DNA of 64,000 nt from contig JARDVH010000137.1 of NCBI GenBank assembly GCA_030324005.1, positions 13,067,854-13,131,853 of the forward strand. The letters are read 5' to 3'. The stretch comes from Negaprion brevirostris. Its lineage: Eukaryota. Shown piece after piece: positions 13,312-26,435 of the stretch. Within the stretch, counting starts at the first letter, position 1. The number at the start of each line of letters is the position of its first letter. A program made the translations under genes and the position numbers. The notes under the pieces were generated by a model. That model was not told the DNA's origin, ran no database searches, and saw nothing but the letters and a program-made list of their open reading frames with translations.

Positions 13312-13314
13312 CTC
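13312..13314 (-). CDS. CYTH1: 3-nt alternative microexon (GAG) adding the third glycine of the PH beta1/beta2 loop (2G vs 3G isoform)
   Basis: ctttccttatacacacag|GAG|gtatgt, with a long distal pyrimidine tract upstream; lies between the KL(G) and (G)GRVKTW exons; inclusion gives TTA GGA GGT GGA AGA = LGGGR. Confidence 0.85.
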
Positions 13315-14479
13315 CTGTGTGTATAAGGAAAGACAGCCAGTCATGTAACAACCAAACAGGGGGGGGAAAAGAAAATTAAAAAGAAAACAAAATTAATTTT
13401 AGAAATTAACCCTTTGAGTATTAGAATTGCAGAAGTGACTTGATAAACTGACTTTAAAATGTGAGCATTTGAAACGATTTCTTTTTTCTCTATACTGGAT
13501 TTTGCCTCAAAAAACCAGACAAAACATTTGGAATCTGTATCTTACCTTTTTTAAGGGGTTGAATTTGAAAGTCAGCAGTGAGGTCTCAACATTCATTGCT
13601 GACCTCCAAGAAATCTGTTCACAAAGATCTAGTGAATTCTATGGTGTTGATTTCCTCTTTCCTGACGTCAGTTTATTTCTGGCGCCAAGATAAGGGGATC
13701 TCCAATCATTCAGCAATAATGGTGAAATTAAGCATCAAGAATAAACAATAAATCACACTCAAGTATTCTCATAGGCAACAAACCAGGAAGTGTACACTAT
13801 AGGATTCCTTCACTTTTAATTTTTGGATTTTACAGATAGCAAAACAAATGACTGGGACATACTCATGGGCTTAAGGTGGAAAATAAGATATCATAAACAA
13901 ACTTTAATCTTTGGAAACCTGTGGCATTTCTCATCATGATGGAGGAATTTGACATTCAACAAATATAAAATTACTTTTTCAGGGTTAATGAGAATATTTG
14001 GCAGCAATTATGAACTTAGTATATGATTAGGAGTCCATAGCACCTCATTCAACAAGTTGTAGCCCTTTCAAGAGTTTCATAGCATCTAAGAACATAAGAA
14101 CAGAAGTTCCTGGCAATTCGATGGCTTCTAATTGATTGCAACCTGGGGAAGCTCAACCACAACAGAAACATGGATAGCAATTTCTGTAGTTTTTATATAC
14201 TCTGCATGTATGGACTGCAAGGCCAGGATTTTATATCCCCTCCTGCCTTTCAGAGGAGTAATGACAGCAATACACTGACCATTTGACTGTCATTACTTCC
14301 ACAAAATTCAGGTCCAGGTCATGTAAATTTTCTAAATCTTTTAAGTATCTTGTGATATCATGTTTTTGTTCTATTAGATGATTGATGATTCCACATGTAT
14401 GAAAATCAGTTGAATGTTACAGAATTCACTTTAAGAGCTTTTAAAGATGCACAAAACACCACATTGATAACAGTGAACA

Positions 14480-15265
14480 GACTGGGCAATTTGGAGCCCG
14501 TGTTCACTGTGAGCATAAATGGCAACATGGGCTCAAAATACTGCAAGATTTGGAAAACCAGATTCTTGCCAGCAAGATCTCATTTTCTGATTTTCCATGC
14601 TCCTCACTGGTGACGTAATGAGGTTCTTGTCATTGAAGTATATTTTAATATAATTAGTAGGCTTCCCCACCATATGTTCCCTCAAATAAAAAACTTCCCC
14701 CACCACCAGTGTGACAATATCAGTGAGATTTACAAAAGCTTTTGCAGAACATGAAGCAGTCAAGAACCCCTTGCTGGGGACACAAAGGCAAGTGTAGCTC
14801 CCCATCCACCCACCTCCCCGAACATGGGGGAATGGGGGAAAGTGACACACCTGGACAGTGCCCTGTTACTGTCACCCTGGCACTGCCCAAGGGTGAACCC
14901 TCTGGGGAGCTCCCTTCTGTATGGGGCAGGAGGAGTTGACACCTTTCTTGTGTTGGTTTGGGGAGGGAATGTTGTTGCCCTCGTGCTGGTGAGTTATCCT
15001 GGCGCTCATGGGAGAATGGGGGAGGGGGGGAACTTTAAACGCGGAGTTGCATGCTCACAATCTCTTTAGAGCCAGCTCTATCAAGCCCTGCCCTTCCAAT
15101 GAGACAACAAAAACCACGCCCTCAGATTTTCTGAGCACAGACGTCAGAGAATCTGAAGAGAAAACTCAACTGTGCAGCTGGAAAGCTACACGTCAGAGTG
15201 CCAGCCAGCAGTCTGCATAGAGTGCAAAGTTTCACCCATCGTCTCTCTACTGGGAAATTCCAGAT
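14480..15265. repeat. Probable non-autonomous DNA-transposon-like element (GC-richer island)
   Basis: Abrupt GC rise, no credible ORF, gggcaattt/ggaaattcca-type ends typical of such repeats. Confidence 0.4.
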
Positions 15266-17134
15266 GATTATGTTTTGAGTACTTTGTGGAAAGACTGCTG
15301 TAACTACTCTTTGTCAGTGAACTGTATTTTTTTTTTAAATGAGTTTTCAACATCGTTCTATGTTTTGGTACACATAGTCACCCAAAAAAATTATTTCTGG
15401 TTAATCCAGCAAGGAAGTTAACTGCTGCTTATTTTAGGACTTTTCCTGGCCACAATTACCCAATGAAGCAGCATGTCAGTTTATAAATAAGTAACATTCA
15501 TTGACAAAGAAAACCTGATTCAAATGGGAAAATCGCTGCATAAATATTCAACAGAGGTTGAACTTATGCCATCAGTATATATAAGAATTCAAGTGTGGTA
15601 TCAATAAATTATCCATTTTTAAGTAATTAATACTTTAGCTTTACATTGTTGCAAGGCAGATGGAGGAAGTAACAAAAGAAAATTAATCACACTATATTCT
15701 TTGTATTGCTACTACTTACTTCGTAAATTTCAATTATTTATTAACAACCTCAAATACAGTCAATTCTATGTTAAATATTGTCAGATTAAAGAGTCACAAC
15801 TGTATTCTAAGGCACTTCTGCATCCTTTGGATATTCTATTTTGTCTCATTCAAATTCTTTTGCCAGATGTGTGCGCAAAGATGCCACACTGGATCTCTCA
15901 AAGGGTTAAAGAAAAGAAACAAAGTTCTAAACATAAGGCAAAAATAAAATTATTGAAATTTATATAAGAAGCAAAATTAAAAAATATATACTTTTTCTCT
16001 GTATTGTAATTGTTGAAACCAACCCAGCTTGTCAGAATTGTCTGCACAAAAATCATCATTCTGTTCTCAGTTAAGGACAATTGTCTATGTATTCAATATA
16101 CCAGGGATACCTTGGTAAATGTTTCACAAAGTGATTGCACCCCCAGAGTAATAAATCAAATTACCATTGGTGTTTCTAGAAATGGTGCTAAATAATATTG
16201 GTGCAAGTGATATCATAGTGAATGAATTGTAAGACACCTATAGACCCAAGGTAATAAATAAAATGGTGTTCCCAATGGCAGTTACTGTTCTTCAATCAAA
16301 CTTTCAAAATTTGAACTATGTTATATAAACTATTTATACATATTTCAACAGTATCAAACCCAAATATTCATTTTAGTTTATACATTGTTAATTGCAGATT
16401 TCTAGCATAACATAAGAACAACTTTAAATTTTAGAAGCTGATAAAATCTTTGAACTTTCCTGATGTTGTTAATCCACCACCACTTTCAAATAAAGGTAGT
16501 TCACTCAATAGCAAAAGAATATTCAATATTTACATTCATCACAAAGTTTTAGAATTTAATCATAAAGTTGAACATGTAGTTCATTCCTCAGTGGGAAAAA
16601 TTAGTTTTGTACACATCACATGAAGGGTGCCATTGTGGGATATAGTATATATTTCCCCTTCTGTCAACTAATGGCAATGTCAAGCACTGCCAGGTTAGAG
16701 GAAGGCGAAGTACAATTTGATGTTGATGAAAGCTTCCTCCAATATCAAATGGATACCTACAATCATACAAATAACTTTTCTGCACCTCACACCATCCACC
16801 TTTGCAGCCTTTCTGGGCAAACCCATCTACTCGTCTATTCTCTTAAACTCACATGCAGGAAAGTGTTGACATTTTAATTTATATTTCTTTTACATTACTC
16901 TAGCTGTTTGGGATTTAGTGAGTTTGGGTCTGAGTTTTAATTTATTCAGATGTAGAGCTCATTTGTTACAAAGATAAAACAAACCTATCAACTTTTTTTA
17001 GAAAAGCCTGAGAAATGTAGAACCGTTTGACTTGACTGGTGCATTTCATGAATGAACGATAAGTCAAAAGCAACTGTAAAATATCTTCAAGGCTTTTTCT
17101 TGGTATTTTGTTTCTTCATACAATAAAGAAACAA

Positions 17135-18030
17135 AGAAAGACTTACATTTATACAGTGCTTTTCACAATCTCAGGACATTCCTAAGCATTTTAAAGCCAA
17201 GGTAGTATTTGAAGTTTATTCACTAGTATTACAATAAGGCTTACATTAACAGTGCAATGAAGTTACTGTGAAAATTCCTAATTGCCACATCCAATGCCTG
17301 TTCAGGTACACTGAGGAAGAATTTTAGCATAGCCAATGTGCCTAACCAACATGTCTTCTGGAAACTGGAAGGAAACAAGTAGGCTTACACTAACATTGAA
17401 AATACCCTAGCTGCCACACTCCAGCACCTCTTCGGGTACTGAGGGAGAATTTAGCATGGCCAATGCACCTAACCAACACGTTTTTTTGGACTATGGGAGG
17501 AAACCAGATCACCTGGAGGAAAACATGCAGACACAGGGAAAACATGCAGACTCACACAGACAGTGACCTAAACTGGGAATCAAACCCAGGTCCTTGGTGC
17601 TTTGAGGCAGCAGTGCTATCCACTGTGCAACCATAGTTTTATATAAAAGTTCGTTGCTGCCATAATGCAAGGTGGCAGCCAATCTGCAAACAGCAAGTTC
17701 CCACCAGGAGCAATATATTAATGACCAGATATCTGTTTATTTAGTGATATTGGTTGAGAGATAAATCTTAGCTTGGACACTGGATAATTTCCCTGGTTTT
17801 CTTTGAAAAATACCAAGAGATCTTTTTATATCAAACTGAGAGAGAAGACAGGATCTTAAGTTAATGTCTCACTGAAAAGGTGACACTTCCAACAGTACAT
17901 GACTCCATCAATACTGCCCTGAAATAACAGTCACACTTTTTGTACTCAGATCCCCAGATTGAAAATTAAATCTACAGCTTTCTGACTCAAAGCCATGGGT
18001 GGTACCAACTGAGCCAAGGCTGGCACATTA
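17135..18030 (-). mobile_element. Deu-type SINE interrupted by two head-to-tail tRNA-SINE copies (~17225-17635)
   Basis: Outer part is homologous to 50650-51140; inner part has a duplicated SINE 3' segment (17236-17375 vs 17380-17510). Confidence 0.7.
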
Positions 18031-19669
18031 CTGAATATTTTTTTAAAATATGAAATAATTAAAAGCACTGTAAATGAGTTTTCTTTCATTTAATTTTGAT
18101 TGAAAATTTGGATCTACATACAGTATACTGCTTTACCATAAACTTTAAACTGTTATATATCTGTTAGATTTAAACTAAAACAGCTCTTTAATTCATAAGT
18201 ACTGTACACCATTTAAAATAAGAAAAAAAAATCTACAATGCTACAAAACATTGTAATCTGAAACAGTTAACCAAAATATTTTATTCAAGATGCATGTTTG
18301 CAGTTGAAAATGTCTTTTGCTAAAATATTTAAAATATGCAAACGTGCATCTTGGACATTGCTTTCAAAACTTGTATTAGGTATTTCTCGATTTTTCAATT
18401 TGAGCAATGCATTCAGAAATTCAGATTATGCACCTACATTGGATTTGATTACACTCACTTTAATTTCAGCTCTTTGGATAATATACTGCTTGTTTAGTGG
18501 AACAAATACTTATTTAAACTGGAGCATTGATTAAAATTAATTTTGAAGGTGGCAAGTTAGTGTTCCTCGTGACCATTATCCTCACTTAAGCAACTATACT
18601 TTAAAATATGATTTACTTTTTAAATGTTACATGGTTGGACTAAAGTATTGTTGGCATGCACACGTAGATTTTCATATTTCTCACTATAAAATATGGGCAA
18701 GCTTCAAATCCAAGGACCAGAGATTTTCAGCTTCTATGCTAACACATGCTACAAACTATCCCTCCTTCCAGATTATCTTTTATGAAACTCAATTCAACCT
18801 CTTGAGTGCTCACCAGAAAATAAAAGGTTACACTTACTATCCACTTCCAACGTCTAGGCACATTTATTAAGTAATATTAAATAATCTCAGATATATTGAA
18901 TAGTAAAGGACTTAAAGTTTATGGAACCCAAATGGTGAAGGCCCAGTTTACATCACCAGATCAGAATGAATTCAAACGATATAACAAGATATACTGTATT
19001 AAACTCTATTAAAGTTGTCCAAAAAGATAAGCAGCATCAGCTTAGACAGAGATGATCCAAGTTTTTACTGCAAGTGGAACTTCAGAACTACAGAGCTGTT
19101 TATTGAAATTCATTGAAAAGCTGATCCCATTTTTATAGTGGTTCCAAGATTTAAGCTGTAATTCAGGTTACTGGTATTAGAAGAGCAATTAATGTGTTTG
19201 TATGTCATCCTTTGGCATCCTGACTTAACACAGCTACTAACTAACTTATAATTGATTTTTCTAAATTAATAATGTGGTATTGATTTAAATAGAGAGGAAG
19301 GTTTAGACAGTTTTAGTAAAATTGTAGTGCACGTTGTGTCAAATTAGAAATGAGATTAAGCAATAATCAATTTAATGGAGGAAGAAAGTAGAGAGAAATG
19401 GCTCATAACGAACGTCAAGAAATGCCTATAGTTAATACAGTGTTCACCAAATTTCACAAAAAGGCTTGATCAACAGATTTAGTAGTTGAATTAGGCCTAG
19501 GTCCTTCAACTTATCAGTATAATTGGTGATTTATTAAAATAGCCATAAATTTGACCTGCAGGTTTTTTAAAGTACTAGTCAATCTCCAGTGATGCTGCAC
19601 AGGAAAGAGAGAAGACTATACTTGGTCTTTGAATAATACAGGATAGTGAGGACATAACTTAATCAAAGA

Positions 19670-20290
19670 GCCTACGTTCCCATTTTAAAATCATAGTCCA
19701 AGTTGGCAGGTGGACCCAGGAGTGCTGTTCCCAGCGCATACACCTTCTACAATCATTGTTGGCCTGATGGTCAATTAATAGCCACTTACAGGACTCTTCC
19801 TGCTGCCATTAGGATCTTCTCTGCAGCAGGTAGAGACCAGCAAAGTATGAAGCCCAGTATTGTTCACTACCCAGATGGGTAGTGAACAGGGGGTGGGTAC
19901 CTTGTTCACAAGCCACCTATGCCTTTTGGAGGTCTGTAATGTCTTCCCACCCTCACATTTCTGCTGTCCTCGTTTCCTATATGCCCCAGCTCCCATTCCT
20001 CTTGCCAGCCTTGCCCCAGCAGCACCCAGCCATGTATCTTCACATTCAGTTCCATCAACAATTGCCAGTGTGGATTAGATGAAGTCCCAACTGTGTCCAC
20101 CACTTCGTGATCCTGCTGATACCAGAGAGCTGCCGGTCATTTGATTGGCCAGCAACTCTTGGGATCTTCCCAGATGGTGGTGGAAGGCTTCTCAAACCAA
20201 TTATCTGCCTGACAGTCATTATATGGCTGCACGGAAAAGTAGGGAAACCTTTTCTCTGGTTTGGGGAGCTAGAAAGCCCAACCATATGTT
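19670..20290. repeat. Ancient MITE-like repeat
   Basis: Shares ctgc..tgattggccagca.ctc-type motifs with ~6890-7400 and ~41000-41530. Confidence 0.4.
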
Positions 20291-21034
20291 CTATTAATTT
20301 ACATAATAGGTATAAGACTCACCAGCTTCACAGATGCCCAGCACCAGCTGGGGGCTACACTTCACTGTGTTTCATGCACTGTGCAGTTTTGTTTTTGAAA
20401 AGCAGTAGTGATTTGCACCATTGTGACGTCACGCTGCAGCGGAGGGAGGATACATCATGGGAAGATGCTGTGGCATCAAGCCTGGTAACCATTTTATAAT
20501 ATTATAGAATTTATGGAAATCTCTGGCAAGGATGATCTCAAACTGAGATTTCACTGGCGTAAATCACATTTTTGTCTGCTCACAAGATTTAGCGGTCATT
20601 ACAGGATTTGTGCACAAAGTTAACGAGGCCACTAAATCATGGCGAATGTTGTTTGATTGTATATTATTTATAGTTAAATTGTACAGCAATTTGGGAACCT
20701 GCAAGTAAAAGATGTGCTATCATATTTTACATAATTGTAGATTGCATAAATATTGTTGGCTGCACAAATTATGATAACATTAGTTATACCACTTTTCTTG
20801 CTACCATTGAGAATAAATCAGTGCTGATTCAAACATTAATCTGTAAAGAAATGTAAATTGACACTATCCTGTTCAGAAAAAAATCCCGATTTAAAGAATA
20901 CCCTAATATGAAATGTATTACTTTGGGTATTGAGATATAAAATCTATGAGAACCCATTTAGGGAAATTACTGATCTAAAGGGGCTACTTGAATTGTATTC
21001 ATGTCAGACTAGCTTAGCATAACCATCAAGCATG

Positions 21035-21340
21035 GGCAGCACAGTGGCATAGTGGTTAGCACTGCTGCCTCACAGCACCAGGGACCCAGGTTCGATTTCT
21101 GACTTGGTTTGCTGTCTGTGTGGAGTTTGCACATTTCCCCCCCTTGTCTGCGTGGGTTTCCTCTGGGTACTCCGGTTTCCTCCCACAATCCGAAAGACGT
21201 GTCAGTTAGGTGCTTTGGCCATGCTAAATATTTCCTCAGTATATCCGAACAAGCGCCGGAGCGTGGCTCCTAAGGGATTTTCATTGTAACTTCATTACAG
21301 TGTTAAGATCAGCCTACCTGTGACTAATAAATAAACTTAA
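21035..21340 (+). mobile_element. Full-length tRNA-derived SINE
   Basis: ggcagcacagtggcatagtggttagcactgctgcctcacag...ggttcgattt head; ends aataaataaactt. Confidence 0.9.
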
Positions 21341-21812
21341 GTTTACTTCTAGTATCAAAAATCAATGATTCAGCTTCATCCTGGTAATATTATTAGAATA
21401 TACAACTTGTTGTTTAAGCACCAGTTTTTTTCAGGGTGACAGGCTTATCAAAAGATGTGAGTTGCTAAACTTTAGTTTGATTTGAAATACGTGGAGGGTG
21501 GTCAGGTCTAGTCATCATTTGTCTTACTACCATTTCAACCACTTAGAGTCGTGAAAAGTGCTTTACTTTTATTAGATTATAATGGTTATAGTAAAAGTAT
21601 TAATTTTAACAAAATGTGCTGTATAATTTCAACATATTAAAGTTCCAATGCCTAAGTACTTATATTACTTCTTTCAACTAAATTATTTTCTACAAGCTAC
21701 TTCCACAAAATATACCAACATATTTTCACAACACAGAATTCAATAGATTTATGGTAATGAAATGATAACGTCCCTGAAGAAAGTAGATCTATTAAAACGA
21801 GAAATAACCCAC

Positions 21813-21924
21813 CTAACTTGAGGAGCCAGCCCTCTCTATCCGGGTTGAAAAAGGTATGGGTCAGGTCATTGCCATCATCTTCTGGAATTTTGAAGGGTTC
21901 ATTCTTAATACTTTCATACAGATT
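21813..21924 (-). CDS. CYTH1: Cytohesin exon (112 nt), Sec7-PH linker and PH start: [37 protein letters not shown](G)
   Basis: gttaacag|AAT CTG TAT...AAG TTA G|gtgggt; phase 0 to 1. Confidence 0.96.
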
Positions 21925-22877
21925 CTGTTAACAAATGACAACATTATTTATTTTGCATTATTGACTCTTACAGTTAAGATAATATTTTTTCCCCAAACTT
22001 TAAATACGCAATATTATAAATATTTAAGCCTCTGGCTGAATTTACATGTCTAGGTTACCACAGTTGCCAACAAGTATACTTAGACAAGGATTACGAGGAC
22101 TTGTGAATTTGGCTAACATTTTCACATCAAAGTCTGACCTGGTTGCAAGTCAGTCTTCATAGTCCAAGCTTTCAGTCGTTGGAAAACCGGTTTGGATAAA
22201 AAGGCTGTTTCATTGGCTGAAAACAAATAAAAGCTATCCTAATCTCAAAGAATGAGTGATGTGAGAGAGACACTAACAATCAGTTAAGTTCAGGGTTTTT
22301 TAAAAACTAAACTAAAACAACATAATCAAAACTGAAATAAAACAGTACCTCCTAAATTAACATTGTTACAATTAAATTTGTTTTGCTTTAATGATAACAA
22401 AATAGTCAGTATATCCATTCAATGTTGCCAGTTTCACTTTAATGTTATTTGCCACACATCCTCTTCTGCAGCCTGTTCACAACACCTTTCCCCCCCCCAG
22501 TGCTTCTGCTCTCCTGTGCTGACCTTGTCTTCCGCCCTTTCTCCCTGACCTCTCCTCCTGTGTTTGGACCTCGACCCTATCTCCTGTCCTTGTTCCCCGA
22601 CCTCGTCTCCTGCCTTTGAACCTGGGCCTCACTTCCTACCCTCTGTTACTGCCTTAGCACCTGTTGTATCCTCTTCCTTGTTTTGGCTGCTCATTCCATC
22701 ACTGTCTCTGATTCTGCCTTTGCTCATGTTGAAAGCTCACTTAAGTCCTGGGCTCCACCTGGTGGCAAAGGTTGGTCAGTGCAGGTGGCTCAGCTGATAA
22801 CTGCACTGGTCTTTGCCACTAGATGGAGCCTGATTAATCTACAAAGCACTGTATAGTGCAGGTACCTACCTGTCTTC

Positions 22878-23175
22878 ATAGAATCATGGAACCCTACAGT
22901 GCAGAAAGAGGCCCTTTGGCCCATCAAGTCTGCACCGAACACAATCCCACCCAGGCCCTANNNNNNNNNNNNNNNNNNNNNNNNNNNNNNNNNNNNNNNN
23001 NNNNNNNNNNNNNNNNNNNNNNNNNNNNNNNNNNNTGGGAGGAAACCGGAGTACCCGGAGGAAACCCACACAGACACAAGGAGAATGTGCAAACTCCACA
23101 CAGACAGTGACCCGAGCCGGGAATCGAACCGAGGACCTTGGAGCTGTGAAGCAGCTGTGTTACTGTGCCGCCCAC
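22878..23175 (-). mobile_element. HE1-like SINE (gapped)
   Basis: Reverse-complement SINE head and LINE-derived tail. Confidence 0.88.
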
Positions 23176-24567
23176 TTTAGCATTAAAGCATTAACATTAA
23201 AGTCTTATGAGTGTATTTTCTTTACGCGGTGTCTCCTGCCAACAGAGATGGTCACTGATACCCAACAGAACATACACTGGCTCATGCATGCACAGAAAGT
23301 AGCGACGTTGCTCCAGCCCAGCCCGCCAGTACTTCTCTGTGCGTGCAGCAATTAAATTACTACTTGTACACACATTGACATCAGTGTGTCCTCGCGTAAC
23401 TATTTCACATTAATGGCTCCATCGAGGAGCTGGTGTTTAATGAGATTTGCATTTGCCTTTTTACTGGTTGTTGGAGTAAATTAAAAGTCTGTTATACTGC
23501 AACTGCTTTATCAGCACGCGCTAATGATAAATTTTGTGCAGAGCGGTCCTCTTGTTGAAGACAATGAGAGCGCAATCTGGGCAGATCTCTGTCCTGACAA
23601 CTTCCACCCATGTTAGCTTTGAATATGTATTCATTTAGTTAAGTTTAGACATTTTCTTCATCTAGTGGATTAAGAACCATGATGTTAACTTTATGAAGCC
23701 ATAACGACAGGTAAAAGCATGCTGCCGCCTAAAATATAGCTGTGATGATTGGTGCAGTGCCATATTTGGTCCTCGCCATTGCCTACACTGTCACAATGAT
23801 GTCACAGAATAACACGTGAACAGCCCATGCATGGCCTTTTTTATCGAATACTGTATTGTACTTATTTTAAATTTATTGAAGCATTTTCTTTTGCAAGTTA
23901 TTTCAGCTAGGATTGCACAATNNNNNNNNNNNNNNNNNNNNNNNNNNNNNNNNNNNNNNNNNNNNNNNNNNNNNNNNNNNNNNNNNNNNNNNNNNNNNNN
24001 NNNNNNNNNNNNNNNNNNNNNTTTTATTTTGCAATTTATTTCAGCTAGTATTGCACAATGACACTTTAGCGTCAACATATTTCAACTTTACATTGTTTTT
24101 TCAAGGGCAAAAACTGCCTTAAGGAACCTAACTCTTGCTTTAACATTCATTCGTATGGGAATCTGTGATTCCCTTAAAACTATTTCACTTAATGTTACGA
24201 TTTTCAGAAGTGCAGCTACATCTTTAAGTGAGAACTTACTATGGCGAGAGAATAGGGGAAAGGATAGAACAGATGGTGAAATAAACAGCAGCCTAAGCAA
24301 AGGTAAAATATTTTTATCTTCATTTTTTTAGTGCATTATTTCTATAATTGATGGTTGATAAAATAAAACTATTTTTATTATTATAACATTGCTTGGTTCA
24401 GTATCTCAACTGGGTTTTTCTGAACTTGACAGCACTGTACAGTCTCCAAGATATACCAATGAATCTACTCAAATTGCTAATTTCACCACTGAAAGTATAC
24501 AATACCCCACCATTCAACTCCCCACCCCCCTCCAAGTACAAAATTAGTAATCAATTGCAACACTAAC

Positions 24568-24716
24568 TCGTAGGAGTTCTTCAGGTAAATCACCACCATC
24601 ATTTATGCCTCTATTCATAAGAATGAACCTCTCCACACTGGGTTTATCCTTAACGTTTGGATTGTGTAGACTGGTATTCAACATAATAATAGCAAAAGAT
24701 AACACGTAACATGTAT
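24568..24716 (-). CDS. CYTH1: Cytohesin exon (149 nt): [50 protein letters not shown]
   Basis: ttttgcag|AT ACA TGT...CTA CGA|gttagt; Sec7 motif [10 protein letters not shown]; in ORF 24544..24747. Confidence 0.97.
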
Positions 24717-25356
24717 CTGCAAAAGAAAATTGCACTTTAGTTTTCAACAGTGCAAAAGTTTAAAAACAACTTAGCAAAGAAACATCCACATAACGACTGT
24801 TACATGAGCACATATGAAGAATGATGCAAGGTACTTTCTGAAATGTGCTGCGACATGAGAAAAGATGCAATTATTGTAAACTGAAAATATAAGAATGCAC
24901 TAATTTACAAAAAGCTTCAGTTTTGGGGGAATGAAATTGTATTCAGTTAACATAAAAAATAGAAATGTCTTAAATTTTGTACAGCATAATTACAAAGCAC
25001 AATGACTGAAAATTTACAATTTTGTCGATAAAATGGAGAAGTAAATGCAAAAAGGACTTGTTTACAAAAGAACTATCACCTATGCTACATCAATGTTTTT
25101 CCTAGAAACTACTGACATTAATATTTACAAAGTTATTTTCTATCCATCTCCCCTTCCCTTTCTACCCTAAATATATAAATCTCAAAATAGTGATTCTATA
25201 AATTTAAACATTTCACAACATTTAAATATTTGATTTAGTGTTCAAATAAGAATACTTAATTGTATTTAATTATTTTAGTTCAAAGTAACATAGTAAATAA
25301 ATTACAAATTATTGTTGAAGTAACTGGCAACAATGCACAAGATATAACAAACTTAC

Positions 25357-25469
25357 CAGTAGACTGAAAGACTCCAGGGTTGCACTGACAGTATCGCTGT
25401 GCAAAAGCTTCCATCATTCGATCAATTTTCTGTGCCTCTCCAGGTAATCGGAAGCTCCATAAGAACTGC
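25357..25469 (-). CDS. CYTH1: Cytohesin exon (113 nt) with the catalytic glutamic-finger motif [12 protein letters not shown]: [37 protein letters not shown]
   Basis: cattag|G CAG TTC...TCT ACT G|gtaagt; phase 2 to 1. Confidence 0.97.
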
Positions 25470-26435
25470 CTAATGTTTATATATTTTTAAACAAATATTT
25501 TTGGTTGTATTCCTCATACTCAGATTTGAGATTTTAATTTACATCCTGTCATTTGATGACTGAATTAAAAATAATCACATGTACCAGCATAAATTTTAAA
25601 AAAGNNNNNNNNNNNNNNNNNNNNNNNNNNNNNNNNNNNNNNNNNNNNNNNNNNNNNNNNNNNNNNNNNNNNNNNNNNNNNNNNNNNNNNNNNNNNNNNN
25701 NNNNNNNNNNNNNNNNNNNNNNNNNNNNNNNNNNNNNNNNNNNNNNNNNNNNNNNNNNNNNNNNNNNNNNNNNNNNNNNNNNNNNNNNNNNNNNNNNNNN
25801 NNNNNNNNNNNNNNNNNNNNNNNNNNNNNNNNNNNNNNNNNNNNNNNNNNNNNNNNNNNNNNNNNNNNNNNNNNNNNNNNNNNNNNNNNNNNNNNNNNNN
25901 NNNNNNNNNNNNNNNNNNNNNNNNNNNNNNNNNNNNNNNNNNNNNNNNNNNNNNNNNNNNNNNNNNNNNNNNNNNNNNNNNNNNNNNNNNNNNNNNNNNN
26001 AGGTGCCAATCACCCTCTGGTACCTTGCCCCAGTTGCCCTTTCCCACATAGTTCATACATTGATGTTTCAGTTTGCTGTCCTTTCATGGAGATGGGAAGT
26101 TTCACGGCGAAGTTCAATTCACCTGATTTTGACATAATGTGCTTCCAACAAGTATTGCAGGTTAGCAAAGTAAGCACTTTGACCAAAGTTCCCACCATAA
26201 TTCAGCTGCATATTCCTGTCATTGAAACTAGGACCAGTTTGGCCTGTTTGGCTCACCTACTTAATTGCTGGTCTATAACACTGACTAGTGAAGCAGCTAG
26301 AAAGTATCATGCGCACAAATAGAGATTAAGAATTATGTACTCCAAACTAAAGTCAAATTGAAGTTTAATGAGTTTGAGGATCTATAAATATTGGGTGAGA
26401 TTCTCTGGCAGTGGGAGGTAGTGCATTGTTTGCTA

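Noticed and set aside
21035-21110. tRNA-like sequences with A/B boxes (also 5715, 26710, 51740, 55697)
   Set aside because: These are SINE heads continuing into SINE bodies, not tRNA genes.
21809-21812. Tandem donor gtgg|gt after the KL(G) exon as a source of the extra glycine
   Set aside because: A 4-nt shift would frameshift; the GAG microexon explains the 3G form.
25549-26137. Long ORFs in the ORF track (also 37828..38736, 42617..43325, 61683..62340)
   Set aside because: Their length is inflated by runs of N.
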